Shown here one piece after another: positions 7,445 through 14,577 of a stretch of 25,906 bases of DNA (the first letter of the stretch is position 1; each line of letters starts with the position of its first letter). Origin of the DNA: an uncultured Myxococcales bacterium (GTDB taxonomy: Bacteria > Myxococcota > UBA4151). A model generated the notes under the pieces. That model saw only the letters and a list, made by a program, of their open reading frames with translations, did not search any database and was not told the DNA's origin. Made by a program: the position numbers and the translations under genes. The DNA is taken from contig CAXGWI010000036.1 of NCBI GenBank assembly GCA_964013405.1, positions 1-25,906 of the forward strand, written 5' to 3'.

Positions 7445-9693
7445 TCGAGTCGAGGCCGGCAGCAGAACACCGCCATCCGAGCGTTGGTAAAGTCCCGACG
7501 CCGACCAAAGTTGTCGAGGCTGCCCTCGGCATAAAAACCATTGTCCCAGCCGCACCAGTTCTGATCCCCGATCATGAGCGTCTGCTGGTTATTGCTGTAG
7601 AGGAACTTACCGGCCGTTGAGGTTGGCTCGCCATTCTCGTGATTCATCGGAAAGCACGGGTTACCACAAAAGTTCTGGTTGCTCGCGCCGCGTAAATTGT
7701 CGGGCCAGGCATAGAGCCAACGCCCGGAACAGCGCTGAGCGACCGCCTCCCCCCAAGTCGATTCTGTTCCCCCCGGATCCTGACCTCGTGGATACCTCGC
7801 TTCCCATTCGGCGAGGCTACAGACGTGCCAACCCTCCGCACAGGCCTGATCGACCGTGTCGCGGCGGAACTCGCCGCCGCAGAGGGCAGCATCCCGACTC
7901 GCCGGCGTAAAGGCCGGGTGCTCTGCTTCCCGCTCTCGACAGCCATTGGGTGCTGGTTCGCTCTGGCAATCGGCTGCGCACAGGTCACCATCTTCCACAT
8001 TCCCATCATCGCAGACTTCATGACCCGGATCGCCAAACAGAAGCTCCTCTGCCTCACCCTCGACCATGCGGTAACGCCGAACCACTCCATCGCCACAGCG
8101 GGCGATCGTACAGTCATTGGTGCACTCATCGGCGTCCTCTTGGTTGCCGTCGTCACAGCCCTCATACCCTTCGTCGCCAGGTTCAAGGTCGCCATTTCGA
8201 GCGAAACCGTCGCCACAAACGGCCCGCTGACAGGCTGCGGTACAACGGTCGTTGGAGAGCCGGTCACCGTCGTCACAGGCTTCATAACCCGCCTCGCCAG
8301 GTGCGAGTTCAACCCGCTCCCCCTGTAGCCAGGCATAGCGGCGCACGACATCATCACCGCACACAGCTGTTTGGCATGCATTGGTGCAGGCATCCGCGTC
8401 TTCATCGTTGCCGTCATCACAGGTTTCTGCACCGACGGCGACGACGCCATCGCCACAGACGGCCTCTTCGCAGTTGTTCAGACAGGCATCCGCGGGGTCA
8501 TCGTTGCCGTCGTCACAATCCTCGTTGCCAAACCACTCAAAGCCATCGCCACAGCGGGCCGCTCGACAGCCCTCAACACAGGCATCCACATTGCTATCGT
8601 TCGCATCATCGCATTCTTCGTATCCGACTTCACCGATCCGTATGTTCGTGCGGAGGATCCCATCCCCGCAGCGGGCTTCTCGGCATTCGTTCGTACAGTC
8701 GTTACCGCCGTCTCGGTCACCATCATCGCAGGTTTCTTCCCCCACCCAGATGTGGCCGTCACCACAGCGAGCCACCATGCAGTCCGTCGTACAACCGTCG
8801 TCGTTGGAGTCGTTGCCATCGTCACAGCCCTCGTGTGCGGGGTCCTCAACGGCCACATCTGTGCGCCGCACCCCATCGCCACAGCGGGCCGGGCGGCACA
8901 CATTAGTACAAGCATCTCCTTCGTTGAGATTGCCATCATCACAACTCTCTACCCCCTCGCGGAGGTAACCATCGCCGCAACTGGCGGCCACGCAAGTGCT
9001 CAGGCACCCATCCGTATCCGAGTCGTTGCCATCATCGCAGACCTCACCGGCCTGCACTGCCCCATCGCCACATCGAGCATCCGCACAGTCGTTGCATGCG
9101 TCCGTTGGATCGTCGTTGCCATCGTCACATTCTTCCACCCCTGCTTGGACGAAGCGGTCACCACAACGGGCTTCGCGGCAGTTCTCCACACAGGCGTCGT
9201 CGTTGTCTTCGTTGCCATCGTCGCAGACTTCCGATGGAATGGTGCCGGGCTCCGTCTCGACCGTTCGCAGGATGCCATCGCCGCACCGAGCCAGCAGGCA
9301 AACGTTGGTACATGCATCGCCAGCTTCTTCGTTGCCGTCATCACAGGCCTCAAAGCCGAGCTCGCCCTCGGCCCGGTCGAGACGCTGGATCCCGTCGCCG
9401 CATCGGGCTTCAACGCAATTGGCTAAACAGCCATCCTGCTCATCTGAATTGCCATCATCACAGGCCTCGTAGCCATCATCACCGGGGCTCAGATCCTGCC
9501 GAGTGATCGCATCGCCACAACTGGCTGCCTTGCAATCGCTCAAACAGCCGTCGGTTGGCGAACTGTTGCCATCATCGCAGGCCTCGCCGGCATCCAGGAC
9601 ACCGTCACCACAGCGAGTCAGGTCGACTGGGTCATCACCGGGGCAGGCCGCCAGCAGTAGCCAAGGCAGGGCCAGCAAGAGACGATGGGCCAT
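7441..9693 (-). CDS. Lipoprotein with 15 Myxococcus Cys-rich (DUF4215-type) repeats and a C-terminal Cys-containing globular domain
   Basis: Lipobox LLAA-C17; 15 counted copies of CGDG..E.CDDGN....D.C...C; strong SD GGAGGT 5 nt before the ATG. Confidence 0.88.
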   Translation of the reverse strand: MAHRLLLALPWLLLAACPGDDPVDLTRCGDGVLDAGEACDDGNSSPTDGCLSDCKAASCGDAITRQDLSPGDDGYEACDDGNSDEQDGCLANCVEARCGDGIQRLDRAEGELGFEACDDGNEEAGDACTNVCLLARCGDGILRTVETEPGTIPSEVCDDGNEDNDDACVENCREARCGDRFVQAGVEECDDGNDDPTDACNDCADARCGDGAVQAGEVCDDGNDSDTDGCLSTCVAASCGDGYLREGVESCDDGNLNEGDACTNVCRPARCGDGVRRTDVAVEDPAHEGCDDGNDSNDDGCTTDCMVARCGDGHIWVGEETCDDGDRDGGNDCTNECREARCGDGILRTNIRIGEVGYEECDDANDSNVDACVEGCRAARCGDGFEWFGNEDCDDGNDDPADACLNNCEEAVCGDGVVAVGAETCDDGNDEDADACTNACQTAVCGDDVVRRYAWLQGERVELAPGEAGYEACDDGDRLSNDRCTAACQRAVCGDGFARNGDLEPGDEGYEGCDDGNQEDADECTNDCTIARCGDGVVRRYRMVEGEAEELLFGDPGHEVCDDGNVEDGDLCAADCQSEPAPNGCREREAEHPAFTPASRDAALCGGEFRRDTVDQACAEGWHVCSLAEWEARYPRGQDPGGTESTWGEAVAQRCSGRWLYAWPDNLRGASNQNFCGNPCFPMNHENGEPTSTAGKFLYSNNQQTLMIGDQNWCGWDNGFYAEGSLDNFGRRRDFTNARMAVFCCRPRLD
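7966..9612 (-). repeat. Coding tandem repeat: 15 Cys/Asp-rich units of 31-48 aa
   Basis: Counted in the translation. The DNA shows recurring gttgccatcatc/gtcgtcaca-like words on the + strand. Confidence 0.9.
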
Positions 9694-9698
9694 TTTTT

Positions 9699-9721
9699 AC
9701 CTCCCCGCGTGCGGGGGAAGG
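9699..9721 (-). promoter_or_regulatory. Hairpin that includes the Shine-Dalgarno sequence of the Cys-rich repeat gene
   Basis: The mRNA reads CCUUCCCCCG-CACG-CGGGGAGGU-AAAAA-AUG; the 3' arm of the stem contains the SD. Confidence 0.45.
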
Positions 9722-9732
9722 CTACCCGAGGC

Positions 9733-12078
9733 TCAGGCGAACAACAACTTCCGGCCCCGAAGTGCCATCAGAACGAGCAGTACCCAGGCCAGGCCGCCGG
9801 CATCGGAACCGGAGCAGCCACAACCCTCGGGGGTGGCTGCGCCCGACGGTACAGCGTCTGGCTCATCGGTGGTTTCGGGTACGCAGGAGCGGGCCAAATC
9901 GTCATCCCACTCCACGGCCACATTGAAGTCGCCGAGACGAGCCCCACCCGTCTTTGTCCCTAGACTCACATAAAGAGGACCGCCACAGGCCGTATCGAGG
10001 CCATCGACCTCTAAGAGGCCACCTTCCCCCTGAACCACAACGGGGTAAAGACGAGCGTCATCGTTGTAGGACACCCGTCCATCGTCGTAATTGAATTCGA
10101 TCGGCGCACCATCTCGAAGCACGGCGGTCAGTTCGGGGGCTTCCTGCTGTTGCCCCATGAAGTCACCGCCACCGGCCATCGAGAACCGCAACTGCACGCT
10201 GACGGTACCCGGCGGCATCATGATTCGGCCCTGGAAGAAAGTGGGTGCGTGCTCCCCTTCCCGAACGCCGACTTGTTGGGCGCCAGCTAAGTGGACTTCT
10301 TCGGGGCCTTGGGAGACCATTTCCGGCCGTTGCCCCTCGTGCTCCACCAGCTTCAACAAGTCCAACACCCGCTCACAGTCGATCAGGCCCGCTTGGGTCA
10401 TATGCTCGATGAAGGACTCCGCCCGCGCTACATCCAATTGCAGTTCCAACTCCGCGGCGATGGCGTCGGCAGCATCGGTGTAGCCGGCCATCTGGGTCGG
10501 AATCGCCGCCATGCCCATCACCACAGCGGTGTCGAAGAGGACCTGGTCATCGTCATCAAGACCGGAGCGAAAGGCCCATAGCTGACTCGCCAGAGGGATC
10601 CCATCGTGGTGGACTTCACCAATGAGATCATCAGGGCAGCGCTTTGGCACGCTATGGTCTCTGATGCCTTCGGCACCACCGACAAACTGTCCCATCTGGG
10701 GAGAGCCAGCCATCACCATGGACATATAGTCAGCGAAGCCCTCGTGCAGAGAACCAGGTGTCAGGTGCGTCCCCCATCGATCCTGATGAGCACCCGCAAG
10801 CCGCGAGGTCCGCGAGATCGCGGCGTGGGTGAGTTCGTGGTACAGCACGTCAGCATCGTAGACGAAGGGTCCCACCGTCCCATGGAACATGAGGACCGAG
10901 TCGAAATCCCGCTCCATGGGAAACGGCGTCTGCTCTGAACTCTCGCCGATCGCGGGGATGAACACCGCGTTATCCATGGGCATGAAACAGCTGATCTCTT
11001 GCGACAGCATGTTGATGCAGCCGGCTGCACTCAAAGCCTGAATCCCCTCCTGGCCACCGAAGGGAATGGAAGGCACCATGAAGTTGACCGTGATGGCGAA
11101 ACCGGCCCCGCCACCGGAGAGGCTGAATCCCTCCAAGCCATGTTGCCGAAGAAATTCGAGAAACAGGTGGGCGTGATAGTAGCCCTGGGTCTCCGCGAAT
11201 GAATCCCGGTGCGGCGCATCAGCCAGGGTCACATCCGCTGGCAGCGTCCGAGTCATCAAACCAGGCTGCGTCGGCATCCAGTTGGTGACGCGGGCATTGT
11301 ATAGAAAGTCTCCCGCCTCGTCTGGTCGGGCTTCGGGGCGCTCGTCACAAAAGGGCATCGTGACGTTAAACTGACCGAAGGGCATCGTGACCTTGATGGG
11401 CCCGTTGCCCGGCTCGCAGCCCTCTTCGATACAGCAGGCGCGAATCTGAAATTCTTCGCTCTGCAACACCCGGCCCGCGGGTGCAGGCTCTAGATCGACT
11501 GTGATCACATCGGTGAGATCGCGACCGACGCCCGGGCTGCGTTCAAACACATGGGCCTGGGCTTTTTTGACGAGGTTACGGCGGGCCAGGATCTCCCCTG
11601 TGACACCGTCCACTCGAAACTCTAAGAGCTCGTAGGGCATGGGTGAACTCAAGTGAATGACCCAGGTCGGTGCCAGCCCCTTTGCGACCACACGCCAGGC
11701 CTGACGGGCCGACCAGTTCCCCGGCTGCATTGGATCGAGGTGAGGAAACTGTGGACCGCGTTCGATCGTTGTCCTGAGGGCCTCGTCCCGATCCACGCGA
11801 AAGGCTGCGATCCCTTGGACCCGATGCAAAGGCTTCACCTCTTTTTGGTAGACCAGACCTCGGTCATGATCCCAGCGACGAATCAGCTCATGATCAAGGA
11901 CCATCAGGCCTTGGTAGACCCGGCGAAACCGATAGACTGCGCCGTTTGTTACCTGCGTTTCTCGCTCAAGACGGTAGCCGACCGGGGGCTGGTCGATTTG
12001 GGTCACATCCATGCCAGGCTCGGCACTCGTGGCACCACCGACTGTGAATAGGCTCGCAAAAGTGATCGTTAGCAGCAC
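9733..12078 (-). CDS. Secreted zinc metallopeptidase (M36/M4-like) with propeptide and MYXO-CTERM-like sorting tail
   Basis: Signal peptide; FTP/PepSY-like propeptide (YRFRRVYQGLMV, FRVDGVTGEIL); HELTH; GSLHEGFADY third ligand; GEVHHDG; C-terminal GCGCSGS-hydrophobic-RGRK. SD GGAGG before the GTG. Confidence 0.85.
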   Translation of the reverse strand: MLLTITFASLFTVGGATSAEPGMDVTQIDQPPVGYRLERETQVTNGAVYRFRRVYQGLMVLDHELIRRWDHDRGLVYQKEVKPLHRVQGIAAFRVDRDEALRTTIERGPQFPHLDPMQPGNWSARQAWRVVAKGLAPTWVIHLSSPMPYELLEFRVDGVTGEILARRNLVKKAQAHVFERSPGVGRDLTDVITVDLEPAPAGRVLQSEEFQIRACCIEEGCEPGNGPIKVTMPFGQFNVTMPFCDERPEARPDEAGDFLYNARVTNWMPTQPGLMTRTLPADVTLADAPHRDSFAETQGYYHAHLFLEFLRQHGLEGFSLSGGGAGFAITVNFMVPSIPFGGQEGIQALSAAGCINMLSQEISCFMPMDNAVFIPAIGESSEQTPFPMERDFDSVLMFHGTVGPFVYDADVLYHELTHAAISRTSRLAGAHQDRWGTHLTPGSLHEGFADYMSMVMAGSPQMGQFVGGAEGIRDHSVPKRCPDDLIGEVHHDGIPLASQLWAFRSGLDDDDQVLFDTAVVMGMAAIPTQMAGYTDAADAIAAELELQLDVARAESFIEHMTQAGLIDCERVLDLLKLVEHEGQRPEMVSQGPEEVHLAGAQQVGVREGEHAPTFFQGRIMMPPGTVSVQLRFSMAGGGDFMGQQQEAPELTAVLRDGAPIEFNYDDGRVSYNDDARLYPVVVQGEGGLLEVDGLDTACGGPLYVSLGTKTGGARLGDFNVAVEWDDDLARSCVPETTDEPDAVPSGAATPEGCGCSGSDAGGLAWVLLVLMALRGRKLLFA

Positions 12079-12246
12079 AGATCCTCCGGAATGCTTATGC
12101 GACTCGTTATACCTTACCCCTACAGAAACCTACTGCCGAGTAGACTCCGTCATTCCTCGGATGCGCCCAGTGGGCTACCCGAAGGTTTTTCTGCTAAGGG
12201 CTGCCCGCCGAGGTGCCGTTGGGTGCCTCAAGGAGCCATTTTCACC

Positions 12247-12930
12247 ATGCGATTCACCATCCTTGCCTTGTTGCTTCTGACACCGGCCCTTGCGAGCGCC
12301 AGTGCACCAGCGGACGCCCTTCAGTTCACGAAGGAACAATTTTCAACCTATTGCGCCTTCAAAAACTTCATGGCGGAAGACGGCGAGTGGAAGAAGTTCA
12401 AGACGCCCGAACGAGCAAAGAAGAAGTTCGCCAAGAACTATCGAATGAAGGAGGCTGCACTCGACGCCTTGATCACGGCCGGTGAGCGTGTGGGTTCTTG
12501 CGCCGACTTTAAGGCCCGCTGGGAGGCTGACCTCAAGGCGGCCTTGAAGGCGATTCCTAAGCGGGGTGATCTGGTGCGAGGCTTCAAGGAGCCTATTTTC
12601 GCCCGGCGGATCAACTGGGTGGAAGTGAACGTCGACAACAGCGACCACGTGATCGTCTGGGTCAGTTGGCTGTGGTTTAACGATCGATTTGTGGAGGAGG
12701 AGAGCGCCATCGTCGGCGCGATCGTCCACGAAGTGCTGCCGGCCGCGGGGACCCTGCTGGTCTTCGCTCGCAAGAAGTCGGAGAAAGAAAAGAACATGTT
12801 TGAAGCGAAAATTTCCGGCTCCCGGCTGGGGACGATCAAGCTCAAGAAGGTGGGTGATTACGCCAAGAAACGCTATTGGCGCTTCTTCGAAGGTATCAAA
12901 TTCGACGAGAGCATCTCACGCACGAACTAA
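12247..12930 (+). CDS. Secreted Lys-rich hypothetical protein
   Basis: SD AAGGAG upstream of ATG 12247; signal peptide MRFTILALLLLTPALASA; coding-like codon usage; two Cys residues. Confidence 0.75.
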   Translation: MRFTILALLLLTPALASASAPADALQFTKEQFSTYCAFKNFMAEDGEWKKFKTPERAKKKFAKNYRMKEAALDALITAGERVGSCADFKARWEADLKAALKAIPKRGDLVRGFKEPIFARRINWVEVNVDNSDHVIVWVSWLWFNDRFVEEESAIVGAIVHEVLPAAGTLLVFARKKSEKEKNMFEAKISGSRLGTIKLKKVGDYAKKRYWRFFEGIKFDESISRTN

Positions 12931-12973
12931 AGGGTGACTTGACCCAAGGGCTCAAGAGTCGTTCCATGGGCTC

Positions 12974-14530
12974 GTGACAGACCCTAGTTTACCAGAAACC
13001 ATCGGCCGCTATCAGGTGCTCCGCCACCTGGCGTCTGGTGGTATGGCCGACCTGTTCTTGTGCCGTCAGGAAGGCCCTGGCGGCTTCCAGAAGCTGGTGG
13101 CGGTCAAACGGATTCGCGAGGAATTCTGCCTCGACTCCGAGTTCACGACGATGTTTCTCGATGAGTCACGGATCGCCGCGCTGCTCACCCACGCGAACAT
13201 CGCACAGATTTACGAGCTCGGACTTGAAGACGACCAGCCCTTCCTCGCGATGGAGTTCGTCAACGGCCGCAGCGTCAGTCACATCATGAAGGTGATCCGC
13301 CAGCGGGGGAGCCGTATTCCCCCCCCCTTGGCCGTCCAAATTCTCATCGGCGTCCTGCGAGGACTCGACTACGCCCACGGCAAACGGGACCTTTCTGGGC
13401 AAGCTCTCAACCTCGTGCACCGAGATGTGACACCGCAGAATGTGCTCATCAGTGTCGATGGCGAGATCAAGTTAGTCGACTTTGGCATTGCGAAAGCAAG
13501 CACCCAAGTGGCTCAGACTCGACACGGTGTTCTCAAGGGCAAATACGCGTACATGAGTCCCGAGCAGGTCAAAGCGGGTCAAGGCATGCGACTCGATGGT
13601 CGCAGTGACCTCTTCGCATGCGGGATCCTCTTGTACGAGTTACTGTGCAACCAACGGCCTTTCCGGCGCGACTCGGCCATCGAAACGCTCAAGGCCATCG
13701 TCGCAGAAGCGCCCCCGGACCCACGGCAATTCAATCCGTCTCTGCCCACCGATCTGGTGAAAATCATGGGGCGCTCCCTGTACAAGAACCGGTCCAAGAG
13801 ATTTTCCGATGCCAACGCCATGGCCCAACCGTTAGAGCGGTGGCTCTACAAACAACCCGACCCGCCGGGCCCCCGAGACTTGGCCAACTGGATCGAGGCC
13901 TTGTTTGAAGAAGAACGAGCCCGGGGTGAGGGCACCATGGTGGTCCGAGATGTCGGCGAAATCATGATTCCTGCTAACGATGAGCACAGCAGTGTCCGTC
14001 CCACACCCGAAGCAGCAAGCGGTGTCCCCCAAGGCAGCGTGAACACGATGCTGAGTCAGGTCCAAGGGCCTCGAACCGGCGAAATCTCCGTCAGCTTCGA
14101 CCACAGCCTCGATCTCGACCAACTCGAGGTCGAAGCCACCGGGACTGAAAACACCGTCCCGATGACCGGCACGGCCCCCGACCCGACCGTGGTGTCTGGG
14201 CCACCGGCAAGCCTCGCTGACCCATCCCTCGATGGCCGCACGGTCGCAGACGTCCAGGGCAGTATCGCCGAAAACGCTCGCCTGCCTTCACCGCCCCCGC
14301 CAGAGGTCCACTCCGCGGCGGTGCCCGACCCGATCATCGAGGCGCCCGCGAGCCCAGCACCCCAGCCCTTGCAGCAACATCAGCCTCTGCCGCCGGCGGC
14401 GACGGCTGCCGACCTCGAAAAGGTTGCAGCGGCAGAGGATCGGCCGGCAAACCATATGCAAATGGTCCTGGCCGCTGTCGCTTTCGGCCTCTTTGTCTTA
14501 GTGATCTACTTGATGTTCTTCGCAGGATGA
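12974..14530 (+). CDS. Hanks-type Ser/Thr protein kinase with Pro/Thr-rich linker and C-terminal membrane anchor
   Basis: Motifs LASGGMA, VAVKRI, HRDVTPQN, DFGIAK, GKYAYMSPEQ and DGRSDLF; ends in the TM segment VLAAVAFGLFVLVIYLMFFAG. Confidence 0.93.
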   Translation: MTDPSLPETIGRYQVLRHLASGGMADLFLCRQEGPGGFQKLVAVKRIREEFCLDSEFTTMFLDESRIAALLTHANIAQIYELGLEDDQPFLAMEFVNGRSVSHIMKVIRQRGSRIPPPLAVQILIGVLRGLDYAHGKRDLSGQALNLVHRDVTPQNVLISVDGEIKLVDFGIAKASTQVAQTRHGVLKGKYAYMSPEQVKAGQGMRLDGRSDLFACGILLYELLCNQRPFRRDSAIETLKAIVAEAPPDPRQFNPSLPTDLVKIMGRSLYKNRSKRFSDANAMAQPLERWLYKQPDPPGPRDLANWIEALFEEERARGEGTMVVRDVGEIMIPANDEHSSVRPTPEAASGVPQGSVNTMLSQVQGPRTGEISVSFDHSLDLDQLEVEATGTENTVPMTGTAPDPTVVSGPPASLADPSLDGRTVADVQGSIAENARLPSPPPPEVHSAAVPDPIIEAPASPAPQPLQQHQPLPPAATAADLEKVAAAEDRPANHMQMVLAAVAFGLFVLVIYLMFFAG

Positions 14531-14577
14531 GTCTGCGGCCCATGCCCCCAGAAACCCTGCTTCCGCGAGTGCGCTAG

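Noticed and set aside
7950..9472. Several long + strand ORFs with repetitive His/Arg, Ser or Val/Ile content
   Set aside because: These are shadow frames of the Cys-rich repeat gene.
7966..9612. Periodic DNA repeats as a possible CRISPR array or DGR
   Set aside because: The repeats are degenerate, in frame and protein-coding; no reverse transcriptase or cas gene is present.
9699..9728. Palindrome CTCCCCGCGTGCGGGGGA resembling a type I-E CRISPR repeat or REP element
   Set aside because: Single copy with no spacers and no cas or transposase gene; better explained as an SD hairpin.
12936..12960. Imperfect inverted repeat between the secreted protein and kinase genes
   Set aside because: Bulged stem with no U-tract; too weak to call a terminator.
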